Below, in pieces: positions 19,207-28,500 of a stretch of DNA of 64,000 bases. The stretch comes from Bacteroidales bacterium (lineage in GTDB: Bacteria > Bacteroidota > Bacteroidia > Bacteroidales > UBA1402), in assembly GCA_012718945.1 (NCBI GenBank), contig JAAYBL010000013.1:692-64691 (forward strand), read 5' to 3'. How positions within the stretch are numbered: position 1 is the stretch's first letter; every line of letters begins with the position of its first letter. A program made the translations under genes and the position numbers. The notes under the pieces are model-generated. The model saw only the letters and a list, made by a program, of their open reading frames with translations, was not told the origin of the DNA and did no database searches.

Positions 19207-19921
19207 TCGTTTCAGTCGATTGTTGCTCCGCTTCCTTTTCCTCTTTGCGCAGGTAGTAGCGTACGCCGTACAATTCACACAGTTCCCGCCTCTTGTCTTC
19301 CGGCTCGTTTTTGAAATAGTCTTCCACCTGGTTCCAGATACCAAGGATGAGGGCGTCACATTCGGGTCGCATGGAAGCCAGTTGCTCCAGGTAGCGGTTG
19401 GTGCTTTTCTGGATGATCTTTTGTGCTACGCAGGTGTCTCTGAAAATCTCAAAATGCACGCTTACCTTGGCAATGGCCGGGTTGTAGATGGGGGCACCCC
19501 CTGCCGCAATGCGTTGGCGTTCGCCGCTGATAACCTTTTCGCCCACAGTCAGAATGGCCGCTTCCGTACTCAGGTCGGGCACGGTGTGGTTGGTTGGGTT
19601 CAGCCCGTACAGCTTTTTGGCTTCAGGCTTGATCTCGTTGCGGATCACGCCAAAGTTCAACACCTGGATGAAGTGTGACAAGTAGAGCCTGGCCATACGA
19701 AACTGGCTGTAGTATTTCTTGCTGGCTGTTTTTTGTTTTTCCAGCGAGAGCAGATACTCGTGGTGGGTGCTCTCGAAATTGGGCAGAAAGGCCTCAGCCT
19801 CGTTCTTAGTCTTGAGGTTGATGACCTGGCCGGGCACATTCTCCAAGCGGTATTGATCCAGCGCTGCCGTAATGGCTCTGATACGGGATTGGTCGGTATT
19901 GGGCAGGCGTCTATAGGGCAT
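19199..19921 (-). CDS. Hypothetical protein (240 aa), no family recognised
   Basis: Clean ORF lying 12 nt after the polyprenyl synthase stop and overlapping the tatD start by 8 nt (ATGATTGA). I recognised no motif. Confidence 0.6.
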   Translation of the reverse strand: MPYRRLPNTDQSRIRAITAALDQYRLENVPGQVINLKTKNEAEAFLPNFESTHHEYLLSLEKQKTASKKYYSQFRMARLYLSHFIQVLNFGVIRNEIKPEAKKLYGLNPTNHTVPDLSTEAAILTVGEKVISGERQRIAAGGAPIYNPAIAKVSVHFEIFRDTCVAQKIIQKSTNRYLEQLASMRPECDALILGIWNQVEDYFKNEPEDKRRELCELYGVRYYLRKEEKEAEQQSTETND

Positions 19922-19933
19922 GATGGCGGTGTG

Positions 19934-20935
19934 TTAGTTGTTGCGGTTCATAAGGCTGGCGGCCAGGCGTAGCAAGGGTTCCTTGCGTGTGGCCGGTGCG
20001 GACACGGCAGCCATGTGTTCCAGTGCCAGTTGGTAGTGCTCTTCCATCACTTTCTGACAGGCCTCTTTAGCGTTGGTTCGATTGTATATGGCGGTAACGG
20101 CGGCTATTTTTTCACAGGGTTTGGCTTGGGTGTTGGTCAGCCAACCTTCCAATTCGGCGCACGTAGCCTGGTCGGCCCGTTTCTGTGCCATGATCAACAG
20201 GTAGGTTTTCTTGTTGGATGTGATGTCTCCGCCAATATTCTTACCAAAGGTGGCTGGATCACCGTAGACATCCAGCAGGTCGTCCTGCAGTTGGAAAGCG
20301 ATGCCTATGTGCAAGCCCATATCGTACAACCGTTGGGCGTCTTCGTGAGAGGCACCGGCGGCCAGGGCTCCCAGTTTGAGGCTGGCAGCCAGCAAGACCC
20401 CCGTTTTGAGCCTGATCATGTTCAGGTAGTCAGCTTCACAAACATGGTCCTGTGCTTCAAAATCCATGTCGTATTGTTGACCTTCACAGACTTCAATGGC
20501 GGTACGGTTGAAAATGGCCACACTTTCTCTGAACACACCGTCGGGCAAACCCCTGAGAAAATCCATGGCCATGATTTGCATGGCATCACCAGACAGGATG
20601 GCTACGTTGTCATTCCACTTGATGTGTACACAATCACGGTTCCTTCGTTTCTCGGCCTTATCCATGATGTCGTCGTGCAACAAGGTGAAATTGTGGAACA
20701 TCTCCAACGCCAATGCTGCCGGCATGGCTGTTGCTGGTTCTTTCCCGAATAATTCGCAAGCCATCAGGCACATCACCGGTCGTATGCGTTTGCCGCCCAT
20801 GTCGAGTGTATACCGAATGGGGTCGTACAACCGATTTGGTTGTTTATCAAATTGGATGGCCTCTAAGGCCTTGTTTATTATAGCCAGTAAATCCTGGGGA
20901 GTCTGTTGTTGCATTGTGTGCTTATTTACCTTCAA
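19934..20935 (-). CDS. Polyprenyl (isoprenyl) diphosphate synthase family protein
   Basis: First and second Asp-rich motifs are LLHDDIMDKAEKRRN and FQLQDDLLDVYGD. Confidence 0.9.
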   Translation of the reverse strand: MKVNKHTMQQQTPQDLLAIINKALEAIQFDKQPNRLYDPIRYTLDMGGKRIRPVMCLMACELFGKEPATAMPAALALEMFHNFTLLHDDIMDKAEKRRNRDCVHIKWNDNVAILSGDAMQIMAMDFLRGLPDGVFRESVAIFNRTAIEVCEGQQYDMDFEAQDHVCEADYLNMIRLKTGVLLAASLKLGALAAGASHEDAQRLYDMGLHIGIAFQLQDDLLDVYGDPATFGKNIGGDITSNKKTYLLIMAQKRADQATCAELEGWLTNTQAKPCEKIAAVTAIYNRTNAKEACQKVMEEHYQLALEHMAAVSAPATRKEPLLRLAASLMNRNN

Positions 20936-21033
20936 AAATAGGCAAACAAGGTGTAAAAAGCAAATAAGAATCAGAGTCCTAACATGGCTGTAGGCGAGAT
21001 GTCCAACGCTATTCTCTCCAACCAGAGAGCAAT

Positions 21034-21219
21034 CTATTCAGCGACGGTGGTTTTAGCGATTGGGTAGTGTGCCTTCTCGTAGTCGATGACCACATCAGAC
21101 ACAACAGAGAGTTCCACCGCATGCTTGTCGTTTGCCGGAGTGTCTTCCTGGACAAGTGGTAGTAATTCCTCTATCCTTGTCAAGGCGTATTCATATTGTT
21201 CTTTGCTAATGTTGCTCAT
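21034..21219 (-). CDS. Small protein resembling only the N-terminal part of a HigA-type antitoxin, possibly a remnant
   Basis: MSNISKEQYEYALTRIEELLPLV...DKHAVELSVVSDVVIDYEKAHYPI resembles the region before the HTH in HigA-like antitoxins. The ORF stops before any HTH. Confidence 0.4.
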   Translation of the reverse strand: MSNISKEQYEYALTRIEELLPLVQEDTPANDKHAVELSVVSDVVIDYEKAHYPIAKTTVAE

Positions 21220-21329
21220 CTTTTTGATTCTTAGATAGTGGAACAATCAAACGCATCATATTCCCTATGCGTACCAGCAAATCGAACGTAAAGGTAATAC
21301 ATGTCAAACTGTTTCTCAGCAAAAAGCCG

Positions 21330-21337
21330 TATATTTG
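21330..21337 (+). promoter_or_regulatory. -7 promoter motif (TATATTTG) for porQ
   Basis: Exact TAnnTTTG 23 nt upstream of the ATG at 21360. Confidence 0.5.
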
Positions 21338-21359
21338 AGGCCTTAACGCACGACAGCCT

Positions 21360-22358
21360 ATGCGCCGATTTGTTCCAGTCGTTTTGTCCATCGCCTTGAT
21401 GGTGCCTGCTTTACTGAGGGCACAAACCGGGGAAAGTGTGTATCAATTTCTGGAACTGCCGATGTCGACGGTGGCAGCCTCACAGGGCGGACAGTCGGTG
21501 GCCTCGCCGGTAAGCGACCTCAACCTGGTGTTTCACAACCCGGCGCTGTTGGGGGCCGATTTACACAATCAGTTTGCGGTAGGTTACCTCAATTACATCG
21601 CTGACATCAATGCCGGGTCGGCAGCCTACGCCAGGGAAATCAACGCCAATAGCCGATGGATGGCCGGTGTCCGCTATGTGGACTACGGCACCATGCCCTG
21701 GACGTCACCCTCCAATGAACTGCTGGGGGAAACAACCGCTCAGGATTTAGCCCTGACCGGCACCTATGCCTGGACACTGTCGCCTTATTGGCAAGCCGGC
21801 GGTAGTTTCAACCTCTTATATTCCGTACTCGACGAATACACTTCGGCCGCTGTGGCCGTTGATCTAGGCGTTTACTACCGTTCACCCGATAAACTTACGT
21901 CGTTTGGGATGACCCTTATGCACCTGGGCTCTCAGATAGTCCGTTACGACGATACCTACGAAGCCATGCCTTGGGATATCCGGCTGGGCTTATCCAGGAA
22001 GCTGGAACACGCTCCCTTGCGGTTCAATGTGACCGCCCAGCACCTCAACCAGCGCAGCATGACCTACCTGAATGAGGAAAACCTGAACAATCTCTCCTGG
22101 TCAGAACAGCTTTTCACCCGTGTCATCGGTGGGGTCGATTTCCTGCCCTCCGACAACTTCATGCTGTCGTTGGGGTACAATTACCGGCGGGTACGGGAGC
22201 TAGGTATCGCACAACGTACCTTTTTCGGTGGTTTTTCCGCCGGTATGATGTTGCGCATCAAGCAGATGACGGCAGCAGCCTCTTATGCCCGCTACCACGC
22301 TGGCGGCAACTCCTTGCAAATGACTCTATCGTTCAACGCTTCCGTATTCGGACTCTGA
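21360..22358 (+). CDS. porQ: Type IX secretion system protein PorQ (outer-membrane beta-barrel)
   Basis: Signal peptide followed by QFLELPMSTVAASQGGQ, then beta-barrel-like alternation ending in F/L. The porQ-cmk-ispH order as in Porphyromonas gingivalis is recalled from memory. Confidence 0.65.
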   Translation: MRRFVPVVLSIALMVPALLRAQTGESVYQFLELPMSTVAASQGGQSVASPVSDLNLVFHNPALLGADLHNQFAVGYLNYIADINAGSAAYAREINANSRWMAGVRYVDYGTMPWTSPSNELLGETTAQDLALTGTYAWTLSPYWQAGGSFNLLYSVLDEYTSAAVAVDLGVYYRSPDKLTSFGMTLMHLGSQIVRYDDTYEAMPWDIRLGLSRKLEHAPLRFNVTAQHLNQRSMTYLNEENLNNLSWSEQLFTRVIGGVDFLPSDNFMLSLGYNYRRVRELGIAQRTFFGGFSAGMMLRIKQMTAAASYARYHAGGNSLQMTLSFNASVFGL

Positions 22359-22359
22359 T

Positions 22360-23052
22360 ATGAAAAAACTCACCATCGCCATCGACGGTTTTTCTTCTTG
22401 CGGCAAAAGCACCATGGCCAAGTCCCTGGCTGCCCAACTGGGCTACACCTACATTGACAGTGGGGCCATGTACAGGGCTGTCAGTCTCTTTGCTATTAGG
22501 GAAGGGCTTATCAACGACGGGAAGGTGGATGAGGCCGGTCTCAAAACCGCTTTGCCCAACCTGCGCATTGAGTTCAAACAAGGAGAGAAGGGACAATCCA
22601 TTACCTGCCTGAACGGTGAAAACGTGGAGGAGGCCATCCGGACCATGGACGTTTCCAATGCCGTGAGTCCTGTCAGTGCCCTGCCTTTTGTGCGGGAAGC
22701 CCTGGTCAAGCTGCAACGGGAGGCCGGTAAGCAGGGTGGCGTGGTGATGGACGGTCGAGATATCGGTACCGTGGTGTTTCCTCACGCCGACCTCAAAATC
22801 TTTGTCGTGGCCGATGCGACCATCAGGGCGCAACGCCGTTACGACGAATTGATGGCCAAAGGGCAACCTGCCTCGTTTGAAGCCATCCTCGAAAACATTC
22901 GCAGCCGCGACGAACTCGACCAGAACAGGGCGGTCAGCCCCCTGCGCCAGGCCGAGGATGCCATTCTTATGGATAACGGCTTGTTTAACATTGAACAACA
23001 AGACGCCTGGCTGCTTAACCAAGTAAACAGAGTGCTCCATGGTACGCATTGA
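22360..23052 (+). CDS. cmk: (d)CMP kinase
   Basis: IAIDGFSSCGKST P-loop, DSGAMYRA, and GRDIGTVVFP. Confidence 0.95.
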   Translation: MKKLTIAIDGFSSCGKSTMAKSLAAQLGYTYIDSGAMYRAVSLFAIREGLINDGKVDEAGLKTALPNLRIEFKQGEKGQSITCLNGENVEEAIRTMDVSNAVSPVSALPFVREALVKLQREAGKQGGVVMDGRDIGTVVFPHADLKIFVVADATIRAQRRYDELMAKGQPASFEAILENIRSRDELDQNRAVSPLRQAEDAILMDNGLFNIEQQDAWLLNQVNRVLHGTH

Positions 23053-23911
23053 TATCGACGACCGCTCAGGCTTCTGCACGGGGGTGGTCAAAGCCATAGA
23101 TAAAGCCGAGGATTTTTTGTCATCACACGACAACCTCTACAGTTTGGGTGACATCGTGCACAACGGCAGCGAAATTGAACGATTGGAAGGGTTGGGTATG
23201 AAAACCATAGGCCGTGAAGATCTCAAGCATCTGTCCAACGTAGACGTGCTGTTCAGGGCTCACGGAGAGCCACCTTCTACCTACGCCCTGGCCAAAGCGA
23301 ATAACATCCGACTCATCGATGCCACCTGCCCCGTAGTCAGCAGTCTGCAACGTCGAGTGCGCAAGGAGTACGAGGCCCACAAGGACGACGGCACCCAATT
23401 GGTTATTTTTGGCAAAGCCGGTCACGCTGAAGTCATCGGATTGAACGGTCAGGCCGAAAACTCAGCCATCGTGATCGAGCACCTGGAGGATGCCGACAAA
23501 CTGGATTACACCAGACCTGTTGTGCTGTATTCCCAAACGACTAAGTCGCTGGACGAGTTCAGGGCCTTGGTCGACCACATCAAGTCCACACTGCAACCAG
23601 GCCTGGCTTTTGAATACCACGACACCATTTGCCGGCAAGTGGCCAACCGCCTGCCACACCTGCGTCGCTTCGCTGCCCTGTACGATGTGGTGCTTTTTGT
23701 GAGCGGGGCAAAAAGTTCCAACGGCAAGGCCTTGTTTGATGCCTGTCATCAGGTCAACGAACGGACCTATTTCGTGACCGCCATCGACGAAGTGCAGCCC
23801 CACATGCTGGCCGACGCTGCTACCATTGGCATTTGCGGGGCGACTTCCACACCACTTTGGCTGATGCAGGCTGTAAAAAAACAGGCAGAGAGCCTTTTGT
23901 CTGCTCAGTAA
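23039..23911 (+). CDS. ispH: 4-hydroxy-3-methylbut-2-enyl diphosphate reductase
   Basis: GFCTGV, IVHN, ATCPVV, and SSNG motifs carrying the three cluster cysteines. Confidence 0.92.
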   Translation: MVRIDIDDRSGFCTGVVKAIDKAEDFLSSHDNLYSLGDIVHNGSEIERLEGLGMKTIGREDLKHLSNVDVLFRAHGEPPSTYALAKANNIRLIDATCPVVSSLQRRVRKEYEAHKDDGTQLVIFGKAGHAEVIGLNGQAENSAIVIEHLEDADKLDYTRPVVLYSQTTKSLDEFRALVDHIKSTLQPGLAFEYHDTICRQVANRLPHLRRFAALYDVVLFVSGAKSSNGKALFDACHQVNERTYFVTAIDEVQPHMLADAATIGICGATSTPLWLMQAVKKQAESLLSAQ

Positions 23912-23915
23912 ACGG

Positions 23916-23923
23916 TATATTTG
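23916..23923 (+). promoter_or_regulatory. -7 promoter motif (TATATTTG) for pfkA
   Basis: Exact TAnnTTTG 28 nt upstream of the ATG at 23951. The ORF-track start at 23921 lies inside it. Confidence 0.5.
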
Positions 23924-23950
23924 CACAGGTTTTCTTTAAACAAGATTGAT

Positions 23951-24931
23951 ATGGGTGCCATTAAAACAATTGGCTTGTTGACGTCAGGGGGCGATGCTCC
24001 CGGCATGAATGCAGCCATCAGGGCCGTCACACGTGCGGCTATTTACAATGACTTGCGTGTCAAGGCGATATACCGTGGCTTCAAAGGCTTGATTACGGGC
24101 GAGATCGTAGAGTTCAAAACCCAGAATGTCAGTAACATCATCCAGCAAGGAGGCACTATCCTCAAAACGGCACGTTGCGAAGAGTTCAAGACCGTAGAAG
24201 GCCGTCGGCAAGCCTACGAGACCTTGGTCAAGGAAGAAATCGACGCCCTGGTTGTCATCGGTGGTGATGGAACATTGACAGGCGCTCGTATTTTTGCCTC
24301 TGAATTTGATTACCCCATCGTAGGTCTGCCGGGTACCATCGATAACGACATTTTCGGGACCGATGCCACCATAGGCTACGATACAGCATTAAATACCATT
24401 CTGGATGCCGTGGATAAGATCCGCGACACCGCCTCCTCGCACGAACGCCTCTTTTTCATCGAGGTCATGGGCAGGGATGCCGGCTTCCTGGCCTTGAACG
24501 GAGCCTTGGCCTCCGGTGCCGAAGCGGCCATCATTCCTGAAATTGCCACCGAGGTGGACCAATTGGAGGAGGTCATTAAAAAGGGTTTCCGTAAATCGAA
24601 AAACAGCAGTATCGTGCTGGTGGCCGAAAGCGAAAAAACAGGTGGCGCCATGCACTATGCCGACAGGGTGAAGAAAGAATACCCTGAATACGATGTGCGG
24701 GTGGTCATTCTGGGCCACGTACAACGCGGTGGTTCCCCTACAGCTTTCGACCGCATATTGGCCAGCCGCTTGGGAGAAGCTGCCATCGAATCATTGATTG
24801 ACGGACAACGCAACATTCTGTTGGGTATCGACAACGACAAGGTTGTGGCTATACCCTTCAGTAAGGCCATTAAAAATGATAAACCCGTCGATCCTGAATT
24901 GCTTAAGGTGCTGAAGATCCTGTCGATCTAA
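23951..24931 (+). CDS. pfkA: ATP-dependent 6-phosphofructokinase
   Basis: [34 protein letters not shown], and MGRDAG motifs. Confidence 0.95.
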   Translation: MGAIKTIGLLTSGGDAPGMNAAIRAVTRAAIYNDLRVKAIYRGFKGLITGEIVEFKTQNVSNIIQQGGTILKTARCEEFKTVEGRRQAYETLVKEEIDALVVIGGDGTLTGARIFASEFDYPIVGLPGTIDNDIFGTDATIGYDTALNTILDAVDKIRDTASSHERLFFIEVMGRDAGFLALNGALASGAEAAIIPEIATEVDQLEEVIKKGFRKSKNSSIVLVAESEKTGGAMHYADRVKKEYPEYDVRVVILGHVQRGGSPTAFDRILASRLGEAAIESLIDGQRNILLGIDNDKVVAIPFSKAIKNDKPVDPELLKVLKILSI

Positions 24932-26013
24932 CGCTTGAAGTAATCATCCAACAAGGCCTGGGCTGCTGCGAACGAACTGATTTCGTCGTTGAGCACCTGG
25001 GCCTCTTTTTTTTCCAACAGGGCCTGGATGTGCTTGTTGTGGTAGAAGTGATTGCGCAGCTGCTCGTTGATGCTTTCGTACATCCAGTACCTGGCTTGCA
25101 GGGCGCGTTTGTGGTTGAAAAAGTTGTTTTGTTTGGTAAACGCCATGTACTCATACACCATGTCCATCACAGCTGCCACACCGTCGCCCGTCTTGGCCGA
25201 ATAGGTGAGCACGGGGGGCTTCCAGCCTGATTCGCTCAGGGGAAAGAGGTGTAATGCGTTGCGGTATTGGGTCTGTGTTACCTGCGCCTTGGGGATGTTG
25301 TCGCCGTCGGCCTTGTTGATGACGATGCCGTCGGCCATCTCCATAATGCCCCGTTTGATGCCCTGCAGTTCGTCGCCACCACCGGTAATCTGTATAAGCA
25401 GGAAGAAATCGACCATGGAATGGACGGCGGTTTCCGATTGGCCAACGCCTACCGTTTCCACAAAGATGGTGTCAAAACCAGCCGCTTCGCAGAGGACGAT
25501 GGTTTCCCTGGTCTTGCGGGCCACCCCACCCAGCGAACCGGCTGAAGGGGAAGGGCGAATGAAAGCATCAGGCTGAACGGCCAACTGTTCCATGCGGGTT
25601 TTGTCGCCCAGGATGCTGCCTTTTGAGCGTTCGCTGCTGGGATCTATGGCCAGGACGGCCAGTTTCTTGCCCGTACCGATCAAATGCATCCCAAAGGCCT
25701 CGATGGAGGAACTTTTACCAGCTCCGGGTACCCCTGTGATGCCCAACCGTATGGAATGTCCCGTATAAGGCAGGCATTTTTCAATGATGGCCTGGGCCAT
25801 TTCCTGGTGATCGGCTCTGGCGCTTTCTACCAATGTTACCGCCTGGCTCAACAGCACACGATCTCCCTTAAGGATGCCTTCCACATATTCATCCACTGTG
25901 TAGGCACGCTTTTTCACCTTAGCCTTGCGGTAAGGGTTAACTATGGGCGGTTGTTCGATGCCTTTCTGTACCGACAGGCCTTTGTAGCTGGGATCGTCTT
26001 CTGGATGATGCAT
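24928..26013 (-). CDS. meaB: MeaB/ArgK-type G3E GTPase (methylmalonyl-CoA mutase-associated)
   Basis: [21 protein letters not shown], and INKADGDN motifs. Confidence 0.88.
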   Translation of the reverse strand: MHHPEDDPSYKGLSVQKGIEQPPIVNPYRKAKVKKRAYTVDEYVEGILKGDRVLLSQAVTLVESARADHQEMAQAIIEKCLPYTGHSIRLGITGVPGAGKSSSIEAFGMHLIGTGKKLAVLAIDPSSERSKGSILGDKTRMEQLAVQPDAFIRPSPSAGSLGGVARKTRETIVLCEAAGFDTIFVETVGVGQSETAVHSMVDFFLLIQITGGGDELQGIKRGIMEMADGIVINKADGDNIPKAQVTQTQYRNALHLFPLSESGWKPPVLTYSAKTGDGVAAVMDMVYEYMAFTKQNNFFNHKRALQARYWMYESINEQLRNHFYHNKHIQALLEKKEAQVLNDEISSFAAAQALLDDYFKR

Positions 26014-26060
26014 CTTGATAATGGGACAGGTGGTGGATAGTAAGGGATGTCTCCCTACTG

Positions 26061-27149
26061 TTAGTTGGGTTGTACCGTTGCAGAAATAAACAATCGACTA
26101 AGACTGTTTTTGGGATCGTTGGTGAAAATGGTGGCGCGTTGTACTACATTACCGTTGAATCGACCCGCGTTGAAAGTGACCTTGATTCTGATGCTCTTGC
26201 CGGCTGGAACGACCATTTTTTCGGGAGAGACACTGAGTCCATCGTATTCAGGAACGATCTTTCGGATGAACAACGGTTGTTTGCCCTTGTTCTCCAGCGT
26301 GATAAAAGAGGTTTTTTTAGTGTTTTGGGTCATCTTGCCGAAGTGTATCCTGTTTTCGGAAAAGGCAACAACAGGTGCATTGGCCCTCTGATCCGGTGTG
26401 AGTCGGGAAAAGTCTTCCGTGATGTAGGCACTCACGTGGATGAGGTTATTGGCGCTGGCTTTCACATCGTTATCAATCACTACCATGAAATTGTCTTCCT
26501 TGCGTCCGTAATCCCTGGCTTCGCTGGCCAGGTATGATAGGGTGATTTGACCGCTTTCCTTGGGCTTCAGTTGAGTGTTGGAGGCCACCACCCTGATGTG
26601 GGGAGGCACATTTCTGAAGCTGAGGCGCATAGGCCTTGATGTCGCGTTGATGAATCTGATGGTCTCTGTCCGGATGCTGCCGATGCGGGCATCGAGGACG
26701 TTTACCTGGGTTTTATCCAGCCTGAGACCGTTCATGTTTCGGGGATAGGATAACTCGGGGTCCTCTTCGCCGGGAATGACGGTACCTTTGATGGAAAGGA
26801 TGATGTTGGGTGTCTTGGGGTCGTTGCTGTAGAGGGTGACGGTCTTGTGGAAGGCGTCAGGGCGACCTACGGTGTTGTATGTGACCTTGACGGTACCTGT
26901 GCCACCGGGGACAATGGGCTCTTTGGTAAATTCGGGGGTGGTGCAGCCGCAGGAGGCTACAGCCCTGTGAATGATCAATGGACCATCGCCTACGTTCTTG
27001 AAGGTGAACACACAGGTGGCTGTCTTGTCATCTTCATTAATGTCACCGAAATCGTGCAACTTGGTCTCAAACTGGATGGAAGGTCCTGTTTGTGCCAGGA
27101 CTGTCAGACCGAAAACGCAGGCCAAAAGGCTGAAAAAGACTTTTTTCAT
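26061..27149 (-). CDS. DUF1573 domain-containing secreted protein
   Basis: Signal peptide MKKVFFSLLACVFGL, then HDFGDINEDD...FTFKNVGDGPLIIHRAVASCGCTTPEF, the DUF1573 signature. The start overlaps the folA stop (ATGA). Confidence 0.8.
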   Translation of the reverse strand: MKKVFFSLLACVFGLTVLAQTGPSIQFETKLHDFGDINEDDKTATCVFTFKNVGDGPLIIHRAVASCGCTTPEFTKEPIVPGGTGTVKVTYNTVGRPDAFHKTVTLYSNDPKTPNIILSIKGTVIPGEEDPELSYPRNMNGLRLDKTQVNVLDARIGSIRTETIRFINATSRPMRLSFRNVPPHIRVVASNTQLKPKESGQITLSYLASEARDYGRKEDNFMVVIDNDVKASANNLIHVSAYITEDFSRLTPDQRANAPVVAFSENRIHFGKMTQNTKKTSFITLENKGKQPLFIRKIVPEYDGLSVSPEKMVVPAGKSIRIKVTFNAGRFNGNVVQRATIFTNDPKNSLSRLFISATVQPN

Positions 27150-27649
27150 AAACTGTTGGACGGTTTGATTCGGGTAAAATTCTCGTAGGTGTAACTGAAC
27201 GGACAGGCTTCGTTGGCCGGGTGGTGTTCGGAGAACGTTTTTTCCCACAAACTGAAGTCAATAGCCGGGAAAAAGGTGTCGGCCTCGAAAGTGTGGTGTA
27301 CGAAGGTCAGGTAAAGTTTGTCTACCAAAGGGTAAGTCTGGTGGTAGATGGAAGCGCCACCGATGAAAAAGACTTTTTCATCGTTCTTGCACAGGTCCAG
27401 GGCTTCATCAACCGAACGGGCTGTCTCGCAGCCTTCGAAGGTTTCGTCGTCGAAGGTCAGCACGATGTTACGCCGTTTGGGCAGGGCTCCCTTGGGCAGG
27501 GAGAAGAAGGTGTTGCGCCCCATGATCACCGTATGCCCCTGTGTGATGGCCTTGAAATGTTTCAGGTCACCGGGTAGGTGGCATAAAAGTCCGTTGTCTT
27601 TGCCGATGGCGTTGTTGTGGGCGATGGCTACGATGATGGCTGTTTCCAT
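27146..27649 (-). CDS. folA: Dihydrofolate reductase
   Basis: IVAIAHNNAIGKDNGLLCHLPGDLKHFK...VIMGRNTF. It lies downstream of thyA. Confidence 0.95.
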   Translation of the reverse strand: METAIIVAIAHNNAIGKDNGLLCHLPGDLKHFKAITQGHTVIMGRNTFFSLPKGALPKRRNIVLTFDDETFEGCETARSVDEALDLCKNDEKVFFIGGASIYHQTYPLVDKLYLTFVHHTFEADTFFPAIDFSLWEKTFSEHHPANEACPFSYTYENFTRIKPSNSL

Positions 27650-27664
27650 GGGTGTATGTGGGGG

Positions 27665-28462
27665 TTAGACGGCGACCACACCCTTTATGCTGGGGTAGGG
27701 ATCGTAGTTTTCCAGGGTGATATCTTCGATGGTGAAATCAAAGATGGAGTTAATAGCTGGGTTGAGGTGCATGGTGGGCAAAGGTCTGGGTTTCCGGCTG
27801 AGTTGCTCATGTATCTGGTCCATGTGGTTGGTGTAGATGTGGGCATCGCCCAATGTGTGGACAAAATCGCCGGGTTTTAAGCCAGTGACTTGCGCCATCA
27901 TCAATAACAAGAGTGAGTAGGAGGCGATATTGAAGGGCACACCGAGAAATATATCTGCGCTACGTTGATACAGTTGAAGACTTAGTTTGCCATCGTTCAC
28001 GTAAAACTGGAAAAAGGCGTGGCAAGGGGGCAGGTTCATGTTGGGTAAATCGGCCACGTTCCAGGCGCTCACGATGATGCGACGGGAAAAAGGATCGTTC
28101 TTGATGGTTTCCACGGCCTCTTTGATCTGGTCGATGTGGCCTCCGTTGTAATCGGGCCAGGAACGCCACTGGTAGCCATAAATGTGCCCCAGATCGCCTG
28201 TTTCCTTGTCGGCCCATTCGTTCCAGATGCGGACCCCGTTGGCTTGCAGGTAGGCCACGTTGGTGTCGCCCTTGAGAAACCAGAGCAACTCGTGAATGAT
28301 GGACTTCAGGTGGAGCTTTTTGGTGGTCAGGCAGGGAAAGCCCTCCTCCAGGTTGAACCGCATCTGATGCCCGAACAAACTGTAGGTGCCCGTGCCTGTG
28401 CGGTCTAATTTATAGGTCCCTTCATCGAGAACCCGCTGCAATAAATCGAGGTATTGTTTCAT
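27665..28462 (-). CDS. thyA: Thymidylate synthase
   Basis: [31 protein letters not shown], and DAHIYTNH motifs. Confidence 0.97.
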   Translation of the reverse strand: MKQYLDLLQRVLDEGTYKLDRTGTGTYSLFGHQMRFNLEEGFPCLTTKKLHLKSIIHELLWFLKGDTNVAYLQANGVRIWNEWADKETGDLGHIYGYQWRSWPDYNGGHIDQIKEAVETIKNDPFSRRIIVSAWNVADLPNMNLPPCHAFFQFYVNDGKLSLQLYQRSADIFLGVPFNIASYSLLLLMMAQVTGLKPGDFVHTLGDAHIYTNHMDQIHEQLSRKPRPLPTMHLNPAINSIFDFTIEDITLENYDPYPSIKGVVAV

Positions 28463-28500
28463 TGTCTTTTGACAACAAACCTACAAAAAAAGTACGACTC

